Source of the DNA: Acidimicrobiales bacterium
GTDB taxonomy: Bacteria > Actinomycetota > Acidimicrobiia > Acidimicrobiales > SZUA-35
Reading direction: 5' to 3'
NCBI GenBank assembly: GCA_028285495.1
Contig: JANQPB010000026.1
Coordinates: 1 to 64,000, forward strand
Length of the DNA: 64,000 bases
Part shown: piece by piece, positions 19,272 to 28,524 of the stretch
Numbering within the stretch: position 1 is the first letter of the stretch
Layout of the letters: every line of letters starts with the position of its first letter
Translations under genes and position numbers: made by a program
Notes under the pieces: generated by a model
What the model was told of the DNA's origin: nothing
What the model saw: the letters and a program-made list of their open reading frames with translations, nothing else
Databases searched by the model: none

Positions 19272-21677
19272 ACCATGGCGGGGCGACCCCCACCGGTCGT
19301 CGACGACAGCGCGGCCGATCTGCTCGACGGCCAGCAGCGGGCCACCGCCTTCCTGGCCTCGTTGGAGCAGGCGGCCAGAGGCGTGATCGGCCCGACCGGC
19401 ATCCCGGGCCAGATCATGCTGGCCCAGCAGGTGTCGGAGCTGTCGGCGCTGCCGGCCAGCCGGCTGCTCGCGCAGCTGGCCCAGGCCGTGCCGGAAGCCA
19501 CCAGCGCCGGATCGGCGGCCGGCCTCCGGAACTCGGCCGTTGCCCGATTGGGCCGGCAGGTCCGAACCTGGCACGAGGCCGAGCGGTCCCAATCGTTGCT
19601 GCCTCCCCTCCTGAAGCCGGTCGCCGGCCAGCCGCCGGAACCCGGGGTCGGGGCGACCGGCGAGAAGCCGTCCGAGGCCGGCGCCGTCGCTCGGGAGCTC
19701 GGCTCGGGCCGGCCACTGGGATCGGGTCAGGGGGCGCGCTTCCGGACCGCCCTGGGAACCGACGTGAGCGGGGTACGGATCCACACCGACAGCCGGGCCG
19801 CAGCGCTGGCCGGCCGGTTGGGGGCTCGGGCCTTCACCGTCGGCGACGATGTCGCCTTCGCCCCCGGTCAGTTCCGGCCGGGCGAACCGGTCGGCGACGC
19901 CCTCCTGGCCCACGAGCTGGCCCACGTGGCCCAGCAGCGCTCGGCCGGCGCCGCCGTGGCCGCCAAGAGCACGACCAGCGGTGGGGTGGCATCGCTGGAG
20001 GCCGACGCCGACCAGACCGCCGTCGAGGCGACGCTCTCGCTGTGGGGCGAGGCCCTTGGATGGGCCGGGCGCGTGGCCCGCCGCACCGGTCCGCGGCTGC
20101 GCAGCGGGCTGCAGCTCCAGCGCTGCACCTGCAGCCCGACGCCGACACCGACGCCGGTACCGAAACGGGTCGACCTGCACGGCGGGGCCCAGGTACCAGA
20201 CGCCACCACCCAGCAGGCGATCCTCAACACCCTCATGCCCGGTCGCCTCGCCCCGGCGGCGGCACCGGCCGCCGGGGGCCCGGCGGCGGCCCCCGTCCAG
20301 CTGCCGTGGAAGGGGGCGGCCGACCCGGTGAGCGGCACCGTGTCGCCGGCGGCTGCGGCATCGAGAGCGGCGCTGAAGACCGCACTGACCAACGCCGTGC
20401 TGGCCGAGCTGAACAGCGTCAACACCGACATGTTGGGCGAGGAGGCCGCCTACGCCGCCGCCCGCATGCCGACCTCGAGCTTCGAGGGGGCGGGCGCCGC
20501 AGCCAAGCAGGTCGTCGACACCGTGTACGGCAGCTACGCCAGCGCGGCCGCACTCAGCGCCGCCGATCAGACCCACCGGTCGAGCTTCGCCTTCACCGCA
20601 TCGGGAGCGAACCCCAACCTCCTCGACGCCTACGACCCGGCCGACCGGATCGCCGTCAACCAGGCCATCAGTGCCGAGGCGGTCATCGAGTGGATCCTCG
20701 GCCGGCCGCCGTCCCAGACGGCGATGGCGGCCGAGCGCTGCGCTCCCGCCCGCGGCAACGAGGCCGAGGTGTGGCTCAACGCCGAGGTCGTCACCCCGTT
20801 GGCCAACGGTCCCCGCAAGGCCGACTTCGAGCGCTACGACCGCTTCGGCTTCGCCATCACCAGCGACGACGCCGGCGTCAGCCGGGTGGTCATCCCCACC
20901 ACCCGCGACACCAGTCGGCCCTCGGTCTCCGAGGGCGAGAAGGCGGCGAAGTGGGCGAACTTCGAGACGCTCATCCACGAGTACATCCACGTGCTCGAGC
21001 ACCCCAACTTCACCGAGGGGAAGGCCCAGGCCAGCGACATCATGACCGAGGGCTTCACCGAGTGGTTGACCAAGCCGGCGGTCGAGGCCGCCTACCGGCG
21101 CCTGTCGAGCGACGTCGCCCTGCGCCGCACGGTGGAGGGGACCCCGGCCGGCGACCCCGACCCGCCGAACCCGGTGGGGAACTTCCTCGGTCCGACCTAC
21201 AGCTATGTCGCCAGCTACGCCGACCAGGCCAACGCCATCGCGTCGCTGGTCCCCCACGTCACCGATGCCGGGCTCAAGGCGGTCTACTTCCTCGGCCACG
21301 TCGAGTACCTCGGGCTCGACCCGACCGGGAACGCGGCCGCCCCGGCCACCACCCGGGGTGAGGTCGACACACCGTCTGGGGTGACGACCGTGGCCCAGCT
21401 GAGCGCCCTCACGGGCGTGAGCGAGGCCGACCTCCGGGCCAGCAACCCGGGGCTCCCCGCCTCGGGATCGCCGCTGCCGGCGACGCTGACCGTTCCCGGC
21501 TTCACCCAGCACGTCGTGATCGAGCACACGAGCGGCGCCACCACCAAGACCGAGACCATCGCCGACGTGGCCCGCCAGCACGGCCTCACCGAGGCCCAGA
21601 TCCGGGCCTACAACCCGGGGCTGGTCGGCGCCTCGCTGACCGTCGGCCAGAAGGTCCTGATCCGGAGCGCGCCATGA
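19272..21677 (+). CDS. multidomain zincin-like protein: DUF4157 domain (HELAH) + second HExxH domain (HEYIH) + two C-terminal LysM domains
   Basis: RFRTALGTDVSGVRIHTD..AFTVGDDVAF..LLAHELAHVAQQ (DUF4157 signature); LIHEYIHVLEHPNF; LysM repeats VTTVAQLSALTGVSEADLRASNPGL and ETIADVARQHGLTEAQIRAYNPGL..GQKVLI; no N-terminal signal peptide. Confidence 0.8.
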   Translation, partial: TMAGRPPPVVDDSAADLLDGQQRATAFLASLEQAARGVIGPTGIPGQIMLAQQVSELSALPASRLLAQLAQAVPEATSAGSAAGLRNSAVARLGRQVRTWHEAERSQSLLPPLLKPVAGQPPEPGVGATGEKPSEAGAVARELGSGRPLGSGQGARFRTALGTDVSGVRIHTDSRAAALAGRLGARAFTVGDDVAFAPGQFRPGEPVGDALLAHELAHVAQQRSAGAAVAAKSTTSGGVASLEADADQTAVEATLSLWGEALGWAGRVARRTGPRLRSGLQLQRCTCSPTPTPTPVPKRVDLHGGAQVPDATTQQAILNTLMPGRLAPAAAPAAGGPAAAPVQLPWKGAADPVSGTVSPAAAASRAALKTALTNAVLAELNSVNTDMLGEEAAYAAARMPTSSFEGAGAAAKQVVDTVYGSYASAAALSAADQTHRSSFAFTASGANPNLLDAYDPADRIAVNQAISAEAVIEWILGRPPSQTAMAAERCAPARGNEAEVWLNAEVVTPLANGPRKADFERYDRFGFAITSDDAGVSRVVIPTTRDTSRPSVSEGEKAAKWANFETLIHEYIHVLEHPNFTEGKAQASDIMTEGFTEWLTKPAVEAAYRRLSSDVALRRTVEGTPAGDPDPPNPVGNFLGPTYSYVASYADQANAIASLVPHVTDAGLKAVYFLGHVEYLGLDPTGNAAAPATTRGEVDTPSGVTTVAQLSALTGVSEADLRASNPGLPASGSPLPATLTVPGFTQHVVIEHTSGATTKTETIADVARQHGLTEAQIRAYNPGLVGASLTVGQKVLIRSAP

Positions 21678-22174
21678 CCGAGCACGACCCGACCGCAGAC
21701 GCCGTCCTGGCCCAGGTGGCCGAGGGCCAGCTCCGAGCCTTCGCCGGTCTCCTGGCCGACCACGACCGGGCGGCCATGCAGCGGGTTTTCGATCCGGGCG
21801 GCGACGAGGCACCGGAGACGGCCGGCCTGCTCGACGGGATCGCCGTGTGGCGACGGGCGTTCCCACCGTGCCCGCTCGCGCCCAACGGCCTCACCGTCGC
21901 CTTCGACGAAGCGGGCCTGGCCGTTCACGTGACCGTGGCGGAGCCCGAGCTGACCGAGCCGGCCGACGACCAGCTGGGTCCGCCGGCGCGGATCCTCGAC
22001 TCCGGGCTCTCGTCGTGGACCGACCTGCTGGTGTGGCCCGACCGGGGCGTCCTGCTCCACCGGCACCGGTACCGCCCGGTCGGAGGTCGGCTCGACCTCG
22101 TCCGGGCCATGGAGATCGACCAGCTGCTCGCGTCGTCGGTGGCGACGGTCCGCGTCACCCGGAGGCGGCGATGA
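21674..22174 (+). CDS. hypothetical soluble protein, translationally coupled (ATGA) to upstream zincin/LysM gene
   Basis: Start ATG overlaps stop of 19272..21677; stop overlaps next start; acidic 166-aa protein without TM. Confidence 0.6.
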   Translation: MTEHDPTADAVLAQVAEGQLRAFAGLLADHDRAAMQRVFDPGGDEAPETAGLLDGIAVWRRAFPPCPLAPNGLTVAFDEAGLAVHVTVAEPELTEPADDQLGPPARILDSGLSSWTDLLVWPDRGVLLHRHRYRPVGGRLDLVRAMEIDQLLASSVATVRVTRRRR

Positions 22175-22962
22175 GCCAGACGACCCGTCGGCGGGCGACG
22201 GAGCGGGCGGCCGAGAGGCCCGCCGCCGGGGGCCGAACCGGGATCGCCGCCGGTCTCGACCGCCGCCTCGACTCGTTCGTGGCCGCCTCGGCCCGGTTCG
22301 ACCGGCCGTTTCGGCGCTTCGGCGCGGCCGGCGTCGCGGTCGGGGCCGTGCTCGGGCTGGCGGTCGTCGGTGCGACGAACGGCTCGCTGGCGGCTGCGGC
22401 GCTCATCCTGGTCGTGGTCGGGCCGGTGACGTACGGGTTGGGCCTGGCCACGGCGATCGTCCTCGACCGGGAGACGCTGATCTTCCTCCATCACGCCCTG
22501 GCCGTGGTCGGCGTCGCCGTGGCCGCGGCGGCGACAACCGGCGCCGAGCCCGGTCCCCTGCTGGCCGGGACCGGCGTTGCGCTGATGGCCGGCTCCTCGA
22601 TCGGTCGCCTCGGCTGCCTCGCCGTCGGCTGCTGCCACGGCCGACCGGCTCGCCACGGCGTGCGCTACCCGATGGCGCTGGTGGCCGACGGGTTCCCGGC
22701 CCCACTTGTCGACCTGCGGCTCCGGCCCGTGCAGCTGCTCGACGCCGCCCTGACCGCAGCGCTCGCCGTCACCGGCGGCCTGCTGGCCATCAGCGGTCGG
22801 CCGGCGACCGCAGCGGTGGTCATGGCCGCCGGGTACGGGCTTGGCCGCATCGCCCTCCAGCTCCAGCGCGGCGATCGGGGCCGCCGACTGCTCGGCCTCG
22901 ACCACGTCCAGTGGACGGTCCTGGCCATCGCCGCCTGGCTCGGCCCACTCGTCGTCTGGTGA
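22171..22962 (+). CDS. polytopic membrane protein, possibly prolipoprotein diacylglyceryl transferase (Lgt)-like
   Basis: ATGA overlap with preceding gene; 6-7 TM helices; motif SSIGRLGCLAVGCCHG resembling Lgt G-R-x-G-N/C-F-x-N-G signature. Confidence 0.55.
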   Translation: MSQTTRRRATERAAERPAAGGRTGIAAGLDRRLDSFVAASARFDRPFRRFGAAGVAVGAVLGLAVVGATNGSLAAAALILVVVGPVTYGLGLATAIVLDRETLIFLHHALAVVGVAVAAAATTGAEPGPLLAGTGVALMAGSSIGRLGCLAVGCCHGRPARHGVRYPMALVADGFPAPLVDLRLRPVQLLDAALTAALAVTGGLLAISGRPATAAVVMAAGYGLGRIALQLQRGDRGRRLLGLDHVQWTVLAIAAWLGPLVVW

Positions 22963-22992
22963 TCGCCGGGCCGGGCGCCGCGCCGGAGGCGC

Positions 22993-24048
22993 TCAGGCGT
23001 CTTCGACCAGCGCCCGCAGCTTGCCCATGGTCTCGACCTCGTCCTGGCCGGGGGCCAGGTTGACGTTGAGCACGCTCACGCCGGCCTCCTTCCAGACGCC
23101 GAGGCGCTCCTTCACGTGCGACTCGGGGCCGACCAGGCTCGATCGCTCCAGGAAGTCCTTCGGCACCTTGGCCGCGGCCTCGGCCTTGTGCCCGTCGAGG
23201 TAGAGGTCCTGGATCTCGATGGCCTCCTCCTCGTAGCCGTACTTCTTGGCGATCGTGTTGTAGAAGTTCTTGTCCCGGGCCCCCATGCCACCCCAGTAGA
23301 GGGCCGTGGCCGGCCTCGACAGGTCGTGGACCTTGTCGGCCGCCTCGCCGACGAACTCGTCGCCGATGGCGACCATGGCCCCGGCGGCGATGTCGAGCCG
23401 GCCGAGCGACTCGTCCCGCTTGGCCTGACCGGCCTTCAGGTCGTCGCCCCAGACCCGCTGGAACTCGTCTGGCACGAAGAACACCGGCAGCCAGCCGTCG
23501 GCCGAGCGGGCGGTGGCCTTGACCGACAGCGGCATCAGCGACGCCCAGTAGATCGGCACCTCGCTGCGGACCGGGTGGTTGATCAGCTTCAGCGGCTTGC
23601 CGAGGCCGGTGCCCTCGCCATCGGGCAGGGGCAGCTTGACGGTCTTGCCGTCGTACACGAGGGGCTCGCGCCGCAGCGTCGCACGGACGACGTCGATGTA
23701 CTCGGAGATCCTGGCCATCGGCTTCTCGTATGGCACGCCGTGGAAGCCCTCGACCACCTGGGGGCCGCTGGCCCCGAGGCCGAGGATGAAGCGGCCGTTC
23801 GACACCATGTCGAGCCCGGCCGCGGTCTGGCCGATGGCCGCCGCGGTGCGCGAGTAGACGTTGAGGATCCCGGTGCCGAGCTCGATCCGCTCGGTCCTGG
23901 CCGCCAGGTACCCGAGCTGGCTGACGGCGTCCCAGCTGTAGGCCTCGGCCACCCAGGCCACGTCGAGCCCGGCCTGCTCCATCTCGACCACACGGTCGAC
24001 GGCTGCGGCGAAGTCGCCGGCGTAGTTGATCGTCGTTCCCAGCTTCAT
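22993..24048 (-). CDS. LLM-class F420-dependent oxidoreductase
   Basis: Full-length luciferase-like monooxygenase fold, MKLGTTINYAG.., GLGASGPQVVEGFHG. Confidence 0.9.
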   Translation of the reverse strand: MKLGTTINYAGDFAAAVDRVVEMEQAGLDVAWVAEAYSWDAVSQLGYLAARTERIELGTGILNVYSRTAAAIGQTAAGLDMVSNGRFILGLGASGPQVVEGFHGVPYEKPMARISEYIDVVRATLRREPLVYDGKTVKLPLPDGEGTGLGKPLKLINHPVRSEVPIYWASLMPLSVKATARSADGWLPVFFVPDEFQRVWGDDLKAGQAKRDESLGRLDIAAGAMVAIGDEFVGEAADKVHDLSRPATALYWGGMGARDKNFYNTIAKKYGYEEEAIEIQDLYLDGHKAEAAAKVPKDFLERSSLVGPESHVKERLGVWKEAGVSVLNVNLAPGQDEVETMGKLRALVEDA

Positions 24049-24127
24049 GGCCGCCGATCGTAGCGCTCGCCCCCGGCCGGGACCGATTCGCCGGCACCGG
24101 CCGGGCGCCGTCGGTTACGGTCCGCCC

Positions 24128-25654
24128 ATGATCACCTGTATCCGTCGGGCCGACTGGGTGGTTGCGTGGGAGGACGGCCGCCACGTCTACCACCGTGACG
24201 TCGACCTCGCCTTCGACGACGGCGCCGCCTCCGACGCTGCCGGCATCGTCCACCTGGGGTCCGACTACCAGGGACCGGCCGACCGCGAGCTCGACGGCTC
24301 CGACCGCCTGCTGCTGCCGGGCCTGGTCAACGTGCACTCGCACCCCTCGTCCGAGCCGATGAACAAGGGATACCGGGAGGAGTTCGGCAACCCCCTGCTG
24401 TACTGGAGCCCGCTGTACGATCGGGCCGGTCTGCTCCGGCCCGACGACGAGGGCAGGCGGGCCGCCACCGAGCTGGCCCTCGCCGAGATGCTCACCAGCG
24501 GCGTGACCTCGGTCTGTGACCTGGCGGCCCCGTGGCCGGGGTGGCTCGACGTGCTGGCCGGCAGCGGGATGCGGGCGTGGGCCGTCCCCGGCTTCGCCTC
24601 GGCCAGGTGGGTGCCCCGCACCGCCAAGGGTGGGGCCGGCGGGGCCGAGCCGGTTGGCCCCGTCAACGCCAACGACGTCGGCTACGACTGGGACGAGGCG
24701 GCCGGCCACCGGGCCCTCGAGGCGGCGATCGCCGTGGCCGAGCGGGCCGACGCCCACCCGAGCGGTCGGCTCGCCGGGATGCTGTCGCCGGCCCAGGTCG
24801 ACACCTGCAGCGAGGAGCTGATCCGGGCTGCGATCGAGGCCGCGGACGAGCACGGCTGGCGGATCCAGATCCACGCCGCCCAGAGCCTGTTCGAGTTCCA
24901 CGAGATGACCCGCCGCCACGGCTGCACCCCGATCCAGTGGCTCGACCGGATCGACGCCCTCCGGCCGACGACCACCGTGGCCCACGGGATCTTCCTCGAT
25001 CGGCACTCGTGGACCCGGTGGCCGACCGACCTCGACCGCGATCTGCTGGCCGACACCGGCACCGGCCTGGCCCACTGCCCGGTGGTGTTCTCCCGCCACG
25101 GGCAGGCGGCGGAGAACATCGGCGGGTACCTGCGGTCGGGCATCACCGTCGGCATCGGGACCGACAGCTTCCCCCACAATCTGCTCGAGGAGCTGCGGAC
25201 CGCGGCGACGCTCGGCTGGCTGACCACCGGCGACGTCCGCTCGATCACGACCGGTGAGCTGTTCGCGGCAGCCACGGTCGGCGGTGCGTCGCTGGTCGGG
25301 CGGGACGACCTCGGTCGGCTCGCCGTCGGGGCGGCCGCCGACGTGGTGTCGGTCGATCTCACCCACCGGGCCATGGTCCCGGTCCGGGATCCGCTGCGGA
25401 GCCTCATCTACACCGCCGCCGACCGGGCGGTGACCGACGTCTTCGTCGCCGGACGCCCGGTCGTGGTCGACGGGCGGGTCACCACCATCGACGTCGACGA
25501 CGCCGGCCGCCGCCTCGACGAGGCCAGGCGTCGGGCCGAGGCCACGGCCGGCGATCGCCATCATCTCGGCCTGGCGGCCAGCGACCTCTCACCGCTGAGC
25601 CTGCCCGTCAGCCGCCCCGTCGGCGACGGGCGGGCGGGCGCGGCCGGGCCCTGA
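24128..25654 (+). CDS. amidohydrolase family protein (chlorohydrolase/aminohydrolase-like)
   Basis: Metal-binding LLPGLVNVHSH motif, HxH..H..D pattern, ~500 aa. Confidence 0.85.
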   Translation: MITCIRRADWVVAWEDGRHVYHRDVDLAFDDGAASDAAGIVHLGSDYQGPADRELDGSDRLLLPGLVNVHSHPSSEPMNKGYREEFGNPLLYWSPLYDRAGLLRPDDEGRRAATELALAEMLTSGVTSVCDLAAPWPGWLDVLAGSGMRAWAVPGFASARWVPRTAKGGAGGAEPVGPVNANDVGYDWDEAAGHRALEAAIAVAERADAHPSGRLAGMLSPAQVDTCSEELIRAAIEAADEHGWRIQIHAAQSLFEFHEMTRRHGCTPIQWLDRIDALRPTTTVAHGIFLDRHSWTRWPTDLDRDLLADTGTGLAHCPVVFSRHGQAAENIGGYLRSGITVGIGTDSFPHNLLEELRTAATLGWLTTGDVRSITTGELFAAATVGGASLVGRDDLGRLAVGAAADVVSVDLTHRAMVPVRDPLRSLIYTAADRAVTDVFVAGRPVVVDGRVTTIDVDDAGRRLDEARRRAEATAGDRHHLGLAASDLSPLSLPVSRPVGDGRAGAAGP

Positions 25655-25707
25655 CGCCCGATCGGTCGGGCCCGACGGCCGCGCCGGGCCGATGCCCCCG
25701 GCCGACG

Positions 25708-27060
25708 TCAGCCGGCCGAGCCGGTGCGGCGCAGCTCCCGCCACTCGCCACGGTCGGCGAAGACGGCCTGCTCGGCCATGTCGACCGCGTGCTCACCGGC
25801 CCGCTTGATCGCCCGCGACAGCCGATCGAGCTCCATGCTGCCCCGGTGGTCGCCGGCCCGGCCATCCGACAGCCAGCGGAACACCCCGCCGTGCAGGTCG
25901 TCGAGCTGACGCTCCATGGAAACGACGCCGTCGACCGACCCGGTGCTGCGGTCGACGACGTCGGCGACGGCATCGCCGACCATCACCTCGAGCAGCGACA
26001 GCATGTCGCCGAGGCCGGGAGGCGTCGGCGAGTCCTTCGGCAGGTGGACGGACAGCGCGGCCTCGGCGACGTCGACGAGGCCGTCGGCCACCCGCTCGAG
26101 GTGGATGACCGTGTTCTCGAGCGCCAGCAGGGCCCGGAGGTCGCCGGCCACCGGCTGCCGCAGGGCGATGATCTCGAGCACCCGGTTGACGACCGCCAGC
26201 TGGGCGGCGTCGACCCTGGCGTCGGCGTCGCGGACCCGCCGCCAGCCCTCGGTCCGACCGAACGGCAGGCTGCCCTCGAGCGCGGCGGCGGCACACTGGA
26301 TCATGGCGACGACATCGCGACCCATCCGGTCGACCATCGCCGTCACCTCCTCGAGGTCGCCGTCGAAGCCGGCGCGGCTGACCGTCGGCGTCGGGGGTGC
26401 GAGCCGCCCGACGAGTCGCTCGACCTGCACGGCCAGCTCGTGGCGGAGGCTCCGGTAGGCATTGAGGCCCCCACCCTCGGGGTCGATCGTCCGCCAGGCC
26501 TCGTAGTGCCGATCGTCGAGCACGGGGATGCGGTCGTGGCGGTCGAGGGTGATGATGATGTCGGCCGCCTGCTCGACCTCCGGGGTCAGCGGCTTCGGGA
26601 ACTCGTCGAGCATCTCGATGCCGACCTCGTGCATGGCGTGGACCGCCTCGACCAGGAGGTCGTCGGCCGGCTTGCGTCCGGCCGACAGGGCGATCGCCCG
26701 GTCACCGGCCTGTCGGCGGAACAGCGCCGCCGCCATCTGGGACGCGCCGTCGTTGCGCTGGCACACGAAGAGCACGACCGGTTGATGGTCGACGACCAGG
26801 CCCTGGTTCTTGGCCAGCGCCCGCAGCCGCTGCCGGGTGAAGCGCTCCACGAAGACCGGGGCGTGGGCCACCGACGACGACCGCCTGGTCAGCTCGGCGG
26901 TCGATTCGTCGAGATACTGCTCGAGGGTCTCCCGGGTCAGGAGCCGACCGAACTCGACGTCGAGCCGGTTGAGGATCCCGCGCCGGATCAGGCGGTGCTC
27001 GGTCGAGAGGTGCAGGTGGTCCGGCGTCGGGGCGGTCGAGGTGGGCAGCAGTAGCGTCAT
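25708..27060 (-). CDS. fusion protein: ArsC/LMW-PTP-like phosphatase domain + PhoU-like domain
   Basis: P-loop VVLFVCQRNDGASQMAAALF (CX5R-type arsenate reductase/LMW-PTP) followed by two PhoU-type helical repeats (RVLEIIALRQPVAGDLRALLALENTVIHLERVADGLVDVAE; RAIKRAGEHAVDMAEQAVF). Confidence 0.75.
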   Translation of the reverse strand: MTLLLPTSTAPTPDHLHLSTEHRLIRRGILNRLDVEFGRLLTRETLEQYLDESTAELTRRSSSVAHAPVFVERFTRQRLRALAKNQGLVVDHQPVVLFVCQRNDGASQMAAALFRRQAGDRAIALSAGRKPADDLLVEAVHAMHEVGIEMLDEFPKPLTPEVEQAADIIITLDRHDRIPVLDDRHYEAWRTIDPEGGGLNAYRSLRHELAVQVERLVGRLAPPTPTVSRAGFDGDLEEVTAMVDRMGRDVVAMIQCAAAALEGSLPFGRTEGWRRVRDADARVDAAQLAVVNRVLEIIALRQPVAGDLRALLALENTVIHLERVADGLVDVAEAALSVHLPKDSPTPPGLGDMLSLLEVMVGDAVADVVDRSTGSVDGVVSMERQLDDLHGGVFRWLSDGRAGDHRGSMELDRLSRAIKRAGEHAVDMAEQAVFADRGEWRELRRTGSAG

Positions 27061-27167
27061 CGTGGTCCTCCCGTCAGCACTCAGCGTGCACCCGCCCGCG
27101 ACGGTCGACCAGGGTCGGAGGTCCGAAGCGGGGTCGGCCCGACCGACCCCGCTTCGGGCGATCGGCT

Positions 27168-28523
27168 TCAGCGCTCGTTGATCGAAGCCGGCTCGGGTGG
27201 GGCGTGACCATCGAGGTCGGCGTCGAGCTCGCCGTTGAGGTCGCCCTCCGGCAGCGTGGGTTGCCCGTCGAGCCCGCCGTCCCGGGTCAGGACCTCCAGC
27301 AGGTTGACGCCGGTGGCGTTCTCGATCTGCTCGACCACGGAGATCACGGCCCCCGGCAGCTGCCCGGCGACGGCGGCGACCCCGCCGTCCCCCGAGCCGC
27401 CCCCGTCGATCACAGTCACCTTGTCGATGTCGATGTCGGCCACCGTGTCGGTGATGTGGGCCACCAGGTCGGGCAGCATGTTGAGCAGCATCACGTCGCG
27501 GGCGCTCGGGCCGGCGTTGGTGAACTCCGACGCCATTCGCTGGAACACCTCGATGTTGGCGTTGCCGTTCTCGACGATGGTGGCGGCCCGACCGCGGGCC
27601 TCCAGCTCCATCGCCTCCCGCTTGGCCCTGGCCGGGGCGACGACGTCGGCCTCCAGCCGGCGCCGCTGCAGCTCGATGCGCTCGCCCTCCAGCGTCTGCT
27701 CGGCCTCGACCCGGGCCTGCTCGGCGGCGACGTCGGCCCGCTTCTCCGATGACATGGCCTCGGCGTCGAGCTCGGCCTTGCGGACCCGGAGCTTGTTCTC
27801 CTGCTCGGCGATGGCCAGGTCGGCCTGGACCCGGGCCAGCTCGGCCCGCTGCCGGCCCTGGGCCTCGGCCTCCTGGGCCTCGGCCGCCTGGGCCGCCTCG
27901 GTCTCGCGGGCCTCCCGCAGCACGCTGGCGGTGCGGCGACGACCGACGGCGTCGAGGTAGCCCGCCTGGTCGGTCACGTTCTGGATCTTCAGCACGTCGA
28001 GCTCGAGGCCGAGCGTCTTGATGTCGTCGTCGGCCTCCTCGATCAGCACCTGGGCGAACTTCAACCGGTCCTCGTTGACCTCCTCGGGGGTCAGGGTCGC
28101 CAGCACGCCACGGAGGTTGGCCTCGAGGTTCTCCTTGGCGATCTGCTGGATGTACTCCGACGGCCGGCCGAGGAATCGTTCGACCGAGTTCTCGAGGATC
28201 CCCTCCCGGCTGGCGACCTTGATGTTGGCCACGCCCTGCACGTCGAGCGGGATCGCGCCCTTCGAGTAGGCGTTGGTCACCGAGACCTCGATCGGGATCG
28301 TGTTCAGGTCCATGTACTCGACCTTCTCGATCAGCGGGATCCGCAGCGTCCGACCGCCCTTGATGACCCGGTAGCCGACCGTGCGGCCGTCGGGGAGCGA
28401 CCGGCTCCGGCCGGAGACGACGGCGACCCGGTTCGGCGGGCAGATGATGATCAGACCGCGAATGGCCAGGGCCACGGCGATCAGGGCCGCCGCACAGAAG
28501 GCGGCGATGATGAGCGGCAACAT
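27168..28523 (-). CDS. flotillin/SPFH (band 7) domain protein, YqiK-like
   Basis: N-terminal TM then SPFH domain, long Ala/Glu/Arg coiled-coil (EAAQAAEAQEAEAQ..), true ATG at 28523 (upstream 220 codons of ORF are Ser-rich wrong-frame text). Confidence 0.9.
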   Translation of the reverse strand: MLPLIIAAFCAAALIAVALAIRGLIIICPPNRVAVVSGRSRSLPDGRTVGYRVIKGGRTLRIPLIEKVEYMDLNTIPIEVSVTNAYSKGAIPLDVQGVANIKVASREGILENSVERFLGRPSEYIQQIAKENLEANLRGVLATLTPEEVNEDRLKFAQVLIEEADDDIKTLGLELDVLKIQNVTDQAGYLDAVGRRRTASVLREARETEAAQAAEAQEAEAQGRQRAELARVQADLAIAEQENKLRVRKAELDAEAMSSEKRADVAAEQARVEAEQTLEGERIELQRRRLEADVVAPARAKREAMELEARGRAATIVENGNANIEVFQRMASEFTNAGPSARDVMLLNMLPDLVAHITDTVADIDIDKVTVIDGGGSGDGGVAAVAGQLPGAVISVVEQIENATGVNLLEVLTRDGGLDGQPTLPEGDLNGELDADLDGHAPPEPASINER

Positions 28524-28524
28524 G

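Noticed and set aside
19032-21866. 944-aa ORF antisense to the DUF4157/LysM gene
   Set aside because: Low-complexity Arg/Gly/Pro text. The sense strand carries clear HExxH and LysM motifs.
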